Positions 9,467 through 19,639 are shown, numbered from the stretch's first letter. The stretch: DNA of 64,000 bases from a bacterium (GCA_963693055.1 OY843751.1:5760001-5824000), one strand, 5' to 3'. Translations and numbers: made by a program. Notes: generated by a model not told the origin, from the sequence alone.

Positions 9467-10798
9467 TCATTGGGGCTGATGCTTGTAATATTTTAAAGAA
9501 TTGGGTTTAACAGGACATTCAGCCGCAATATGCATATCGCTTACTTTACCATGAGTGCGAAGATCAAATAAACGCGGTACAATAATATCACGCACCTGTG
9601 AGATAGACAATGGATTCACATATATCTTGGTTCCGCCTTCAAATCCCGCCGAAATATTAATACGCCATTTAATCAAAACATGCCAGGGCATGGGTACAAC
9701 ACTGTCCACCGGCATATAATACCACTCTTCATTACACGAAATTCCCGGCCCCATGGCAGCATGAATAGCATGTACAAGGTCGCTAAATCCGCGCAATTCA
9801 CTGGGAGAATGATCATTGGGGCGACAGTTCTCACTTTTGGAATAGATAGCAACCGTTGGGTTCCGGTGCCCCAAATCTGCAAAGGCAATGGCATAATCAT
9901 TTTCACAGATTACAAAATTATTATAAGACGCAAAATTGGCCGCATATTCATTATAAATATTGGGATTCCGTGCAGCCATTTCTATCTCTCTCTCAACGGA
10001 TACGCCCCACTCGTCTAGACCTACAAGTTGTTTATGCAAATGCTCAAATGATGCTCCAGCTTCCCGCAGCCAGTTTTGAAATACACTGACATAGCGGACG
10101 TATCTTACGTTCTCATACATATCCTGCATTGCCCTGATGGTAAACTGAAAATATTGAAAATGCTCTTCGGGTGACAGCGCACCCGAAGAAGCAAGATCTA
10201 TAGTCTGTTTCGCATCATCCCGATAATGACGGCGTGGAATAATAAGCTCATGCGTACCACCGAAAAACGCATCACTCATTGCAATTTTTTCATTCACAGT
10301 CATTTTGGCAATTTCAGAATCAGGCACACCGGTATATTTTAATTTCATATTGATCATTGAAACAATATGATTTCGTCCCAACTCGGTCGACAAGTAGGCA
10401 TCTTTACGTTGCTGGTTCTTGTCTGACAAGCGGTAATCATAATTCTTTTTCCAATAATCAATCCGAACAATTTCAAACAAATTGGAAATACGTCGAAATT
10501 CTGCAGGTGTTGTCAATATTTCATGCGGCTGTAAATTTTCAAAGTACTGATATTTGCCTTCAATCATTTGAACACGGGATTTTTCCGGCGTTGTATTGAA
10601 ATAAAGCGTTGAACAGAAATCGCAGTAATCTTCATCCTTTTTTTTCTGAATAGGCTTTATATCGTCAGGACGGACAGTGTTAATAGGACGGTTACCGCGT
10701 CCCGGAATAAACCAAACTTCGGTTCCGGTAAACGGGTTGATGTGTTTTTCAGTTCCATCCGGCATCCGTCTAAAAAGATCACGGTCTAATCTGTTCAT
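9467..10798 (-). CDS. DUF4921-family protein, GalT/HIT-like nucleotidyltransferase
   Basis: N-terminal DGTEKHINPFTGTEVWFIPGRGNRP, CDFC, and GalT-like FQNW..AGASFEHLHKQ (HxHxQ). Confidence 0.75.
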   Translation of the reverse strand: MNRLDRDLFRRMPDGTEKHINPFTGTEVWFIPGRGNRPINTVRPDDIKPIQKKKDEDYCDFCSTLYFNTTPEKSRVQMIEGKYQYFENLQPHEILTTPAEFRRISNLFEIVRIDYWKKNYDYRLSDKNQQRKDAYLSTELGRNHIVSMINMKLKYTGVPDSEIAKMTVNEKIAMSDAFFGGTHELIIPRRHYRDDAKQTIDLASSGALSPEEHFQYFQFTIRAMQDMYENVRYVRYVSVFQNWLREAGASFEHLHKQLVGLDEWGVSVEREIEMAARNPNIYNEYAANFASYNNFVICENDYAIAFADLGHRNPTVAIYSKSENCRPNDHSPSELRGFSDLVHAIHAAMGPGISCNEEWYYMPVDSVVPMPWHVLIKWRINISAGFEGGTKIYVNPLSISQVRDIIVPRLFDLRTHGKVSDMHIAAECPVKPNSLKYYKHQPQ

Positions 10799-10809
10799 GC
10801 GCTAATCCC

Positions 10810-12483
10810 TTATTTTACAAATTGCTCTACAAAAAATCTGGCGGTTAACGGCTCGCCGGTAGCGTTTTCAATCATTTCATTCCAACGGTATTTTGCGCCG
10901 GGTTCAAATATATGTTTTTCAATATACTCGCCCGCTTTGCCTGCACCGATATAACTGACATCGCTTTTCATATCTTTGCCCATCACATCCACTAGCAATG
11001 TATGGTGCAGTTGAGAAGCAAACAGCTCGCCCAACAAATAGTTGTGATAGTAACAGGGGGCCATGGAGAAATGGATCTTGGCTGCCCAATCCGGCTCGTT
11101 ACGTTTTTCAGGACGTTTTACCATCTGGTATTTTTCAACAAGGTCCCACCAGAGTGTGTTCAGATCTTGCTCAGGATCAGCATACAATTCTTTTTCAAAG
11201 TTGTACATAACCATTGCCCAGCGCGCAAAAATCAATTGTTTCAATCTGGCATATTTATCACTTACTTTATCAATATCACTTCTCTGTCCATCAGAGAGAT
11301 CTAGCATTTCCTGCATCCAGGCGCCGTTTCTGCTCAGGCGACCAAAGAACATGGCAATGGCTTCGGTAGTAAACGTGTGAGCAGGTGTTCTCAACAAATA
11401 CGGGGTTTCAGAATCCTGATATTTATCATAAACGCCATGACCCAATTCATGCAGCATGGTTTCCATCCAGCGTTCATTGTTTTTTACATTACATAAAATT
11501 CTAACATCTCCTTTACGGTCAATATCGGTACAGAACGCGTGAGGATTTTTCCCTTCTTTTTCATACAGGTCACTGTTGGCAAGAATTCCTTCAACCGGCA
11601 TATTAATGCTGGCATAAAATTTCTCTGCCAATTTTACTACATCCTTGTTCTCATAAAATCCATCCAGATCTAATTGGTAAACCAACGGCGTTTCCTGGAA
11701 AAACGGATCATGATAATGCCAGGGCTTTAATTCATCCACCGATACACCACTGTTTTTTGCCAGAATACCGTCCAGCTCGTTTTTCAGTTTTGCAAACGGT
11801 TCGTTGGTCAATTTGTACAATTCATCAAAAATAGCATCCAGCTCTTCTACACTTTGCTCATCAACACTTAGAGACAAAGTATGGTAATTCTTAAACCCTA
11901 AATTATGTGCGGCTTTGTTACGCAATTTTACCAATTCAATCAAATCGTTGGCAATTTCGGGAGCCACCTGCTTACTGGCCAGCCAAGCATCTTTTCTTTT
12001 GGCAGAATCTGTTTCTTCCTTTAAAATCAATTCTATATCATTACCGCTTACGGGTTTGCCATCTATCTTGCCGCGAAAGGTGTTAAAGCGCTCTTCAATT
12101 TTTGCTCCTTTTTGCACAATGGCTTCAAGCAGTTCAGGCTCTATCTGGTTTTGTAGATATCCCAGGTACAATACTTCAAGCTGACGGGCCAAAAGCGGAT
12201 CTTTAATATTTCCACTTTCCTTGAACGCTTTAATCAGTTCAAAATCCTTGGGGTCACTATAAACCTGTTTTAGCTCAAGCTCTACTTTGCTATAGGTTTC
12301 ATAATCTTCCGATTGTCCTTTTAATGCGGCATTCCAATAAGCTAAAGCTGCCTGCTTTTGCAAGGGTTGAACTTTTGCCAAATGTTTTTGTAAAAACACT
12401 TCCATGTCACTCTCCTGTAATCCTTGTCCAAATGCTATGGTAGACAAGAAAATTAACCCTAAAATCGTGTTTAATACTTTCAC
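10810..12483 (-). CDS. Secreted gluzincin metallopeptidase (M2/M3-like)
   Basis: Signal peptide; GKNPHAFC, HELGH zinc motif, downstream TEAIA Glu, YYHNYLLGE. Confidence 0.85.
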   Translation of the reverse strand: MKVLNTILGLIFLSTIAFGQGLQESDMEVFLQKHLAKVQPLQKQAALAYWNAALKGQSEDYETYSKVELELKQVYSDPKDFELIKAFKESGNIKDPLLARQLEVLYLGYLQNQIEPELLEAIVQKGAKIEERFNTFRGKIDGKPVSGNDIELILKEETDSAKRKDAWLASKQVAPEIANDLIELVKLRNKAAHNLGFKNYHTLSLSVDEQSVEELDAIFDELYKLTNEPFAKLKNELDGILAKNSGVSVDELKPWHYHDPFFQETPLVYQLDLDGFYENKDVVKLAEKFYASINMPVEGILANSDLYEKEGKNPHAFCTDIDRKGDVRILCNVKNNERWMETMLHELGHGVYDKYQDSETPYLLRTPAHTFTTEAIAMFFGRLSRNGAWMQEMLDLSDGQRSDIDKVSDKYARLKQLIFARWAMVMYNFEKELYADPEQDLNTLWWDLVEKYQMVKRPEKRNEPDWAAKIHFSMAPCYYHNYLLGELFASQLHHTLLVDVMGKDMKSDVSYIGAGKAGEYIEKHIFEPGAKYRWNEMIENATGEPLTARFFVEQFVK

Positions 12484-12612
12484 TTTTTACTCCTATTTTC
12501 ATTTTTTCTAAATTAATCAAACCACTTTCCAAAGTCAACTCTAGAATCTTATTTTTATCTTTTTGATATTTAACAAATTTTCTGTATTTTTAATCCAGGA
12601 AAGGAAAAATAT

Positions 12613-12969
12613 ATGAAACAAGGCAAAAAAGAACTCGTTGTTGTTGGAGACAGACTGTTAATCGTTCCGGATATTGGTGACGATCGCAGCAACTCTGGCT
12701 TGTATCTACCCAAATGGGCCGTTGAAAAAGAATCCATTCAGGGCGGCAGAATTGTTGAAGTAGGTCCCGCGGTACCCATGCCAGAGCCCGAAGATATTGA
12801 ACAAGAGCCCTGGAAACAAAATTACGATGAACAGTCAATACCCCAGCAAGCCCGGGTAGGAGATTATGCAATATTCTTGCGCAAAGCGGCTGTTGAAGTA
12901 AAATATGATAACGAAACATTTTTGATCGTTCCACATGGCGCATTATTGTTACTGGTAAGAGATTTATAA
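12613..12969 (+). CDS. GroES/Cpn10-family co-chaperonin-like protein (no groEL adjacent)
   Basis: VVGDRLLI, SGLYLP mobile loop, GRIVEVGP, VGDYAIF, EVKYDNETFLIV. Confidence 0.75.
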   Translation: MKQGKKELVVVGDRLLIVPDIGDDRSNSGLYLPKWAVEKESIQGGRIVEVGPAVPMPEPEDIEQEPWKQNYDEQSIPQQARVGDYAIFLRKAAVEVKYDNETFLIVPHGALLLLVRDL

Positions 12970-13005
12970 TATATATTTTTTCATTAAAGTGAGTGGTATC
13001 AAACC

Positions 13006-15084
13006 TTGGATCCTTTTCTATCAAACCTCAAACTCAATTTAAAAAAGCATCAGCTCAGAGTAGGACAATATCTCTCTGCTCATGGTGCGTCTGAATATAC
13101 AATTTTAATTATTTTTTCATTAATACTGGGCACTGTTGCCGGACTATCAGCGGTAGGTTTTCACGAATCTATTGCCCTCTTACAACATTTGGCATTAAAA
13201 AACCATTCCGCTCCATTTTGGTTGATCATCGTGTTGCCTGTAATTGGCATGCTGATCCAATATTTTATGGTCAAAGTTGCGCCCAAAGAATCCAGACAAA
13301 AAGGGGTTCTTGAAGTAATTAAATCTGTTTCCTTGTACGATGGCAAGCTTTCTCCCAAAGCAACATTGTTTCACTTTTTGGCACCTGCCGTATGTATCGG
13401 TAGCGGCTGCACAGTAGGTCCCGAGGCCCCCGCGGCACAAACCGGGGCTGGTGTGGTATCCGCTTTGGGTAGAATACTGGGCTTGTCAGAATCGCGATTA
13501 AGAATGTTTACCGCTGCCGGCGCAGGTGCAGCCATAGCCGGGGTATTTAACACTCCGCTTGCAGGAGTATTTTTTGCCCTAGAGGTTATTCTGTTGAACG
13601 AATTCAGGGCCACGGCTCTTAGCGTGTTCCTGCTTTCATCGGTTTCTGCAAGTGCGGTTTCTCGTATCTTTTTAGGTAACGATCCCAAATTTATCTTTGA
13701 CACCGTACAGCTCGGCTCATATCAGGATTATATTTTCTACTTACTGCTGGGGTTAGGCGCAGGTTTGCTATCTATTCTTTTTATCAAATCCAAAGAAAGC
13801 GTTCACCATAGTTTCGCACGCATATATAAACGATATCCCCTGTGGACAGGTATGGTAGCAGCCGGACTCATCATGGGCTTGGCTGGTTTCATGATTCCGG
13901 ATATTCTGGGTATTGGATATGATGCAATTAATAACATGCTTGCACAAACCTATACCCCAAAAACCATATCTATGCTCTTTGTTTTAAAATTTGCACTGGT
14001 TGTTTTGATTTTAGGTGCCGGTGGTTTTGGGGGTATCTTTGCTCCCTCTATGTTCATGGGTGCATGTTTTGGTTATCTGTTTGCGGTAACCGCATCTACA
14101 TTATTTAATCTTGACCTCCATACAACAACTTTTACCCTGGTGGGCATGGGTGCCATGCTGGCAGGCGTCAACTCTGTTCCTATCACCGCAATTATGATTT
14201 TGTTTGAAATGACCAATGATTATCACTTTATCCTGCCACTCATACTTGGCATTGTAGGCAGCCATACCATTACACAAATGGCTATGAATGGCTCAATCTA
14301 TGCAAAAGAACTGGCAGAAGAAGGTTACGAAGTAGGAGAAACACAGGAAAAACGAATACTCTGCTCAATTCCCGTTGAACACATTACCCGAAAATCTATA
14401 CTGCTCATCCCTGAAAACACGCCCATCTCTGAATTGATTCATACTTTTTTGAACGATGAAGAACACGATACAATCTATATCACCAACAAAGCAGGCAGTC
14501 TTACCGGTGTTATTCACAGTTCAACACTTCACCATTTGATAACATCTTATCATACACTTGAAGGTATGGTAATAGCCAAAGATATTGCAGATGAAAGCCT
14601 GATATTTGTTAACTGTAATGATAATCTTGAAATGGCAATGCGGATTTTTGCTTCACACCATATTGAAGAAATCCCTGTATTAAAAAAAGATGGTGCAGAA
14701 AATAAAATTTTGGGAGTATTACACTATCAAGATGTGTTGAATATCTATAACCAGAAAATTGGCAAAATATCACTTAGAGACGAACTGGCAGTGAATGTCA
14801 AGTCCTTGCAGAAAGACAAAATTATGGAAGCGGTACCGGGCTTTTCAATAGCGCAGGTCACCCTTCCTGACAGCTTTATCAACAAAAGCCTGTCAAAGCT
14901 CAATCTGAGAAACAAATACAATATAGATGTATTAATGGTTGAACGGTTAAACCTTGTAGATATGAAAACATCGGAAGCGGAAAAAGTAATGCCTCATAAA
15001 GATATGGTCTTTATGAGAGGAGATAAACTGTTAATCTATGGAAAATCCCTGGATGTTGTTAGGTTTAAACAGGATATTAAATAA
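13006..15084 (+). CDS. ClC-family chloride channel/transporter with CBS pair and C-terminal RCK_C (TrkA-C) domain
   Basis: GPEAP (gating Glu), AGAGAAIAGVFNTPLAG, GGIFAP, FEMT, SIY; CBS repeats; tail NKSLSKLNLRNKYNIDVL...GDKLLIYG. Confidence 0.9.
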   Translation: MDPFLSNLKLNLKKHQLRVGQYLSAHGASEYTILIIFSLILGTVAGLSAVGFHESIALLQHLALKNHSAPFWLIIVLPVIGMLIQYFMVKVAPKESRQKGVLEVIKSVSLYDGKLSPKATLFHFLAPAVCIGSGCTVGPEAPAAQTGAGVVSALGRILGLSESRLRMFTAAGAGAAIAGVFNTPLAGVFFALEVILLNEFRATALSVFLLSSVSASAVSRIFLGNDPKFIFDTVQLGSYQDYIFYLLLGLGAGLLSILFIKSKESVHHSFARIYKRYPLWTGMVAAGLIMGLAGFMIPDILGIGYDAINNMLAQTYTPKTISMLFVLKFALVVLILGAGGFGGIFAPSMFMGACFGYLFAVTASTLFNLDLHTTTFTLVGMGAMLAGVNSVPITAIMILFEMTNDYHFILPLILGIVGSHTITQMAMNGSIYAKELAEEGYEVGETQEKRILCSIPVEHITRKSILLIPENTPISELIHTFLNDEEHDTIYITNKAGSLTGVIHSSTLHHLITSYHTLEGMVIAKDIADESLIFVNCNDNLEMAMRIFASHHIEEIPVLKKDGAENKILGVLHYQDVLNIYNQKIGKISLRDELAVNVKSLQKDKIMEAVPGFSIAQVTLPDSFINKSLSKLNLRNKYNIDVLMVERLNLVDMKTSEAEKVMPHKDMVFMRGDKLLIYGKSLDVVRFKQDIK

Positions 15085-15201
15085 GTATATCTATAAATAA
15101 AACATTTAACATGATGATTTTTAAAAACTTGTAATACAGTTACAATAAAAAAATAATTACTTAATAAACGTCATTTTCAAGTCTTTTTACAAACTTTGTT
15201 G

Positions 15202-15230
15202 TTGATTTTTGTCAATAAATCCTGTATAAT
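15202..15230 (+). promoter_or_regulatory. Sigma70-type promoter
   Basis: TTGATT-N17-TATAAT ending 41 bp upstream of ATG 15272. Confidence 0.6.
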
Positions 15231-15271
15231 AAGACAATTACAATTCTATCAGATGAAATCAAGAGGTAATA

Positions 15272-15655
15272 ATGGATAAAAAAGTTCTTGTTGTTGATGA
15301 TGAGGATATGATCCGAAATCTGCTCGAAGAAACATTAACAGAGGTTGGCTTTTCGGTTTATACAGCATCAACAGGCGAAGAAGCTTTAAAATTGTTAGTC
15401 AAAGAAAACATTGAAATCATTTTTCTTGATTTAATGCTTCCGGGTATGGATGGAATCAATCTTTGCAAGTTGTTAAAAAAGAACAAACCAACCTCATGTA
15501 TTCATGCAATCACAGGTTACAAGTCCACTTTTGACCTAATCACCTGTCTTGAAGCAGGTTTTGATGATTATTTCCCAAAGCCATTTGATCTCTCGGTAAT
15601 TACCAAAGCAGCACAAGATGCAGTCGATAAAATTGAACGTTGGAAAAAAATATAA
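15272..15655 (+). CDS. Single-domain response regulator (CheY-like)
   Basis: VLVVDDE, FLDLMLPGMDG, ITG, YFPKPF. Confidence 0.9.
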   Translation: MDKKVLVVDDEDMIRNLLEETLTEVGFSVYTASTGEEALKLLVKENIEIIFLDLMLPGMDGINLCKLLKKNKPTSCIHAITGYKSTFDLITCLEAGFDDYFPKPFDLSVITKAAQDAVDKIERWKKI

Positions 15656-15676
15656 AACAATAACGGTTACAATGAA

Positions 15677-16777
15677 TTACAGCACCTGTTGATCCAGCAG
15701 GGTTTTCAGGTGTGCACTGTTTTTGGGGGTCCAGGAGAAAGATTTTTCCCAAACGTTTTTATTTTCCATACATAAATAGATAAACACATCTGCTGAATAG
15801 CTTTTTATCCATTTATACATATGTGAAAACATTTCTATGCGTTGTGGTAAAAAATATCGCAATTTTTTATCACGTCCCGGCAAAAGTTCTCCCAATACAA
15901 TATCGGAATTCGGATGGTTCTCACGTATTACATCATCCAGCATGGCAGGATACCGTAATGCACCCAGACTTATCCAGGCAATATTTTCCGGCTTTATAAC
16001 TTTAAATATTTTATCAACAGTTTCTCTGTATTCTTCTTTCCAACCATCAAACCAGATCATCGGATCAAAATGGAACCCCAACCTGTAACCGGCTTGCTGA
16101 ACCTGTTGAGCTGCCAAAAGGCGGTCATCGATTGATGGCGCTATTCCCTCATCCTGTTCTGTTATCTGCCGAGCGTTCATGGACCATGATACAACCGTTC
16201 TGCCTTTGTGCTCAACTGTCAACAAATCTTCCACATGTACATTCTTGCTTTTTAGCTCAATGATTGCGTTTGGTTTATCTGCAAAATAGCGGACCAAATC
16301 TGCTCCTATACCAAGAAAATGATCAAAGGTTAGGCTGTCACTCAGTTCTCCTGTGCCAATTCTGTAAAACCGGTTTGGGTGATCAAGCAATGCACGATCC
16401 AGCTCTGTGTACATGTCATCATGATTGGCATAGACAGTGATCAATGGATTATTTAAATACCCCTGTAGAATACAATAACTGCATCCCAGGTCACATCCCG
16501 CCGCTATATCCAGATTATAATACAAACAGCAAACATGTTTTTGTGTGCCGGGACACAGGCGCAAAAACGGGCCGCGCTGCTTGGCAAGTAATAAAGTATT
16601 TTGCCATTCACTGTGTGCTTGCTCAGTGGCCTGATCAATAACCAGGTTTGCATCTTCCGTATAATGAACATCTGCATTGGGAAAACGGTCCAAAATCCGT
16701 TTAACCATCGTTGTGTTTTTTACATCTGCTTCAATATATATCCGTTCCGGACGAAAAAATTCTGTATATTTACTCAT
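15677..16777 (-). CDS. Spore photoproduct lyase (SplB)-like radical SAM protein
   Basis: GCDLGCSYCILQ (CxxxCxxC), GTGELSDSL, ELKSK, SWSMN, GFHFDP, ISLGALRY, KLRY, YLCME. Confidence 0.85.
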   Translation of the reverse strand: MSKYTEFFRPERIYIEADVKNTTMVKRILDRFPNADVHYTEDANLVIDQATEQAHSEWQNTLLLAKQRGPFLRLCPGTQKHVCCLYYNLDIAAGCDLGCSYCILQGYLNNPLITVYANHDDMYTELDRALLDHPNRFYRIGTGELSDSLTFDHFLGIGADLVRYFADKPNAIIELKSKNVHVEDLLTVEHKGRTVVSWSMNARQITEQDEGIAPSIDDRLLAAQQVQQAGYRLGFHFDPMIWFDGWKEEYRETVDKIFKVIKPENIAWISLGALRYPAMLDDVIRENHPNSDIVLGELLPGRDKKLRYFLPQRIEMFSHMYKWIKSYSADVFIYLCMENKNVWEKSFSWTPKNSAHLKTLLDQQVL

Positions 16778-17739
16778 ACCAAATCAATCAATTTTCTAAT
16801 TACGTCTTTTTCATTCAATTCCTGTAACCGCTCCAGATGCTGTTGAAATTCCTCTGCCGATGAAATATTCAACATGATTGAGTACCTGTCACCATCAAAA
16901 AAAGGTGGATGCTGAATTACAAGCTCGGGTGGTAATTTAACGGATTTTAAGACCTCTTTAAAACGGTTCTCTGTTTCACTGTATTGCGGGTACCTTTTTT
17001 CCCATAACAACTGTTTTATACGATCAGATTTTTGCGCGGGTGCAAGCAGCTCATCCGCTACAATAATTTGAATTTCCGGTTCCTGAAGAAAAGTCGCAAT
17101 TGCAATGTTTTCCATTCTTGCAATATCCTGTACCAGTGCCCAAAATTCTTTTTGACGATTTTTGCCAATACGTAAAACTTTAATAAATTCCAAAAAGGCA
17201 TTTCGCACATCGGCCTCAGCAGATACAATCTCTGCTGCCATATCCAGAGACAACTGGTCATCATTTAACATCTGCCGCCAGGGCTCTTCAAGCTTGAAAA
17301 GATCTTTGTGCAATTCATACACTTTGGGATTTCTTCCATAACCCATCTCTGGCAAAAAATGTTTAACAATCTCGTTTTTATCAACACCACCCGCTTCCAA
17401 ACGTTGAATAATAACCGAAACCTCTACAGGATTTATGGGCCCTTTATCCATACGGTCTTGTAGTGCCAGAGCAAATGCCTTTTGAAACGAAAGCTGCTGT
17501 TCCAAAACAACCGCAGGAATTGTAGACTCGCCAATCTTAAGCATGGCATTGACTCTTGCAAAACCATACAAAAGTCTAAAACCAGATTGGGTTATTTCTA
17601 CCAGAACCGGAGCAACAAACCCTGTTTTACGGATAGTGCTTTCAAGCTCTTTTATATTTATCAACTGCTCAAGATTATAAGTCTCATCTTTTTTGTTGAT
17701 ACCATTTATATTCAAATCCATTAATTTTGTTTTCAACAT
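16774..17739 (-). CDS. ParB/Srx N-terminal-domain protein with helical C-terminus
   Basis: LESTIRKTGFVAPVLV...FRLLYGFARVNAMLKIG..IPAVV matches the ParB N-domain pattern; INPVE follows; ATGA overlap with the SPL-like gene. Confidence 0.7.
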   Translation of the reverse strand: MLKTKLMDLNINGINKKDETYNLEQLINIKELESTIRKTGFVAPVLVEITQSGFRLLYGFARVNAMLKIGESTIPAVVLEQQLSFQKAFALALQDRMDKGPINPVEVSVIIQRLEAGGVDKNEIVKHFLPEMGYGRNPKVYELHKDLFKLEEPWRQMLNDDQLSLDMAAEIVSAEADVRNAFLEFIKVLRIGKNRQKEFWALVQDIARMENIAIATFLQEPEIQIIVADELLAPAQKSDRIKQLLWEKRYPQYSETENRFKEVLKSVKLPPELVIQHPPFFDGDRYSIMLNISSAEEFQQHLERLQELNEKDVIRKLIDLV

Positions 17740-17813
17740 GTTTATTATTCCTCAATAAAACCAGCAATGTAAAATAACGATCTTCTTTGATAATTAAAAG
17801 CCCTAAAAAACCC

Positions 17814-17842
17814 TTGATTCTTTTGCAAATAATTCATAAGAT
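17814..17842 (+). promoter_or_regulatory. Possible sigma70-type promoter of ssb
   Basis: TTGATT-N17-TAAGAT. Confidence 0.45.
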
Positions 17843-17888
17843 TATTCTTGAAATTTTGTTACTTGTAAATTAACAAGAAAGGGTTCAA

Positions 17889-18335
17889 ATGGCTTTTGAC
17901 AGCAAAGGAACATTAAACAAAGTAATGCTGATTGGCCGATTGGGGCAGGATCCGGAATTGAAATATACTCCTTCCGGAGCCGCAGTGGCAACATTATCCG
18001 TAGCGACCAACACGTCATGGAAAGGACAGGACGGCAGTCAAAATGAAAACACCGAATGGCACCGTGTTGTTATTTGGAGAAAACTGGCTGAAATTATGGA
18101 GCAGTATGCCAAAAAAGGGACCCGTGTATACGTTGAGGGGAGACTGGTAACCCGTTCATGGGAAGACAAGGACGGAAACAAACGTTACACCACGGAAATT
18201 CAAGCAGATAATATGCAGCTACTGGATTCAAGAGGTTCCGGAGGCGGCTCATCAGATTCATCCGAAGGACCACCCTTACCACAAGAACCTGCATTTGACG
18301 ATTCTGGCTCAGATTCAGATGATCTTCCGTTCTAA
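17889..18335 (+). CDS. ssb: Single-stranded DNA-binding protein
   Basis: [29 protein letters not shown], acidic tail DDLPF. Confidence 0.97.
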   Translation: MAFDSKGTLNKVMLIGRLGQDPELKYTPSGAAVATLSVATNTSWKGQDGSQNENTEWHRVVIWRKLAEIMEQYAKKGTRVYVEGRLVTRSWEDKDGNKRYTTEIQADNMQLLDSRGSGGGSSDSSEGPPLPQEPAFDDSGSDSDDLPF

Positions 18336-18370
18336 CAAAAGGGTAGTTAAATCACGTTGTAATTATACAC

Positions 18371-18398
18371 ATCCGAGGTACTCCCTCGGATTTTTTTT
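18371..18398 (+). terminator. Intrinsic terminator after ssb
   Basis: atccgagg-tactc-cctcggat then a T run. Confidence 0.8.
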
Positions 18399-18410
18399 AG
18401 GATTTGACTT

Positions 18411-18821
18411 ATGATAAATTATGATGACTTGATAAACAAAGCCCTTGAAAGCCGTAAATTTGCTCAGGCCCCACACTCGGGTTTCAGAGTTGGCGCCGCA
18501 TTATTGACCTCAAGCGGCGAGGTTATTACCGGCTGTAATGTAGAATCCAGTTCTTACGGACTGACCATGTGCGCGGAACGAGTGGCACTTTACAAAGCTT
18601 TGTCTGAAGGCCACACGAAATTTGAAGCTATTGCCATTGCTTCAGATTCCAAAAATTTTTGTCCTCCATGTGGCGCATGCAGACAAGTCCTTTGGGACTA
18701 TGCTCCGGACCTTCCGGTTATACTCATATCTGACAGTAAAAATTTTCAAATCATCCCTCTGGGAGATTTGTTTTCCTATCCATTTGACAAACAGTATTTA
18801 AAGAATGACAGCAAAAAATAA
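18411..18821 (+). CDS. cdd: Cytidine deaminase (homotetrameric type)
   Basis: GCNVE, CAERVAL, PCGACRQ zinc motifs. Confidence 0.95.
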   Translation: MINYDDLINKALESRKFAQAPHSGFRVGAALLTSSGEVITGCNVESSSYGLTMCAERVALYKALSEGHTKFEAIAIASDSKNFCPPCGACRQVLWDYAPDLPVILISDSKNFQIIPLGDLFSYPFDKQYLKNDSKK

Positions 18822-19431
18822 ATCCCCTTATATTATTGGAATTTCCGGAGCTTCCGGCTCCGGAAAAACATATTTGACCACAAAAATCGCGCAGGAACTT
18901 GGCAGCAAAGCTATTATTATCTCTCAAGACTCTTATTACAAAAAGCAGTCTCATATAGCAATGGAGCAAAGAATCCATACCAACTATGATCATCCCGATG
19001 CGATAGATTCAACCATGCTCATTGAGCATCTTGAACAACTGAAAAAGGGCAACGATGTTCAGTGCCCTGTATATGATTTTTCTATTCATGACCGCACACC
19101 GGATTGTGTTGCAGTAAAACCAACAGATTATATTATTCTGGATGGAATTCTGCTTTTCGCCATTCCGGATCTTTGTAATATGATCGATTTCAAACTTTTT
19201 GTAGATACCCCTCTTGACATTTGTTTTATACGAAGATTACAGCGAGATATTAAAGAAAGAGGGCGCACAACAGAATCGGTTGTTGAACAATATCTGAAAA
19301 CCGTTCGCCCCATGAGTATTGAATATATTCTCCCGTCAAAAAAATACGCAGACTTGAATGTCTATGCTGAAATATTAACTGATGAAGAAATTGATAAAAT
19401 TATATTAAAAATAAAAAAATACTATGAATGA
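18805..19431 (+). CDS. udk: Uridine kinase
   Basis: GISGASGSGKT, QDSYY, NYDHPDA, PVYDF, RRLQRDIKERGR. Confidence 0.93.
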   Translation: MTAKNKSPYIIGISGASGSGKTYLTTKIAQELGSKAIIISQDSYYKKQSHIAMEQRIHTNYDHPDAIDSTMLIEHLEQLKKGNDVQCPVYDFSIHDRTPDCVAVKPTDYIILDGILLFAIPDLCNMIDFKLFVDTPLDICFIRRLQRDIKERGRTTESVVEQYLKTVRPMSIEYILPSKKYADLNVYAEILTDEEIDKIILKIKKYYE

Positions 19432-19639
19432 TCTTGGCAAATTGTTAATTTCTGCTGGTATATTATTGGTCATTGCAGGTATTGTGATTACCTTGTTTCA
19501 AAAACTGGGTATTCAGCTGGGAAAACTGCCGGGAGATATTGTTTACCATAAAGGCAATACTACTTTTTATTTTCCCATTGTTACCAGCATATTGATCTCG
19601 GTATTGATCACTCTGGTTTTATGGATTTTTAGAAAATAA
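19424..19639 (+). CDS. DUF2905-family small membrane protein
   Basis: Two TMs flanking LGKLPGDI...FYFPIVTSILIS. Confidence 0.85.
   Translation: MNDLGKLLISAGILLVIAGIVITLFQKLGIQLGKLPGDIVYHKGNTTFYFPIVTSILISVLITLVLWIFRK

Noticed and set aside
12590-13024. 144-aa minus-strand ORF and the many other short antisense or nested ORFs (e.g. 897..1271, 20920..21339, 25103..25516, 51105..51590)
   Set aside because: They shadow well-supported genes and show no recognisable motifs.
16774-17739. Chromosome-partition parB
   Set aside because: GxRR motif degenerate, no adjacent parA, and no parS palindrome noticed.
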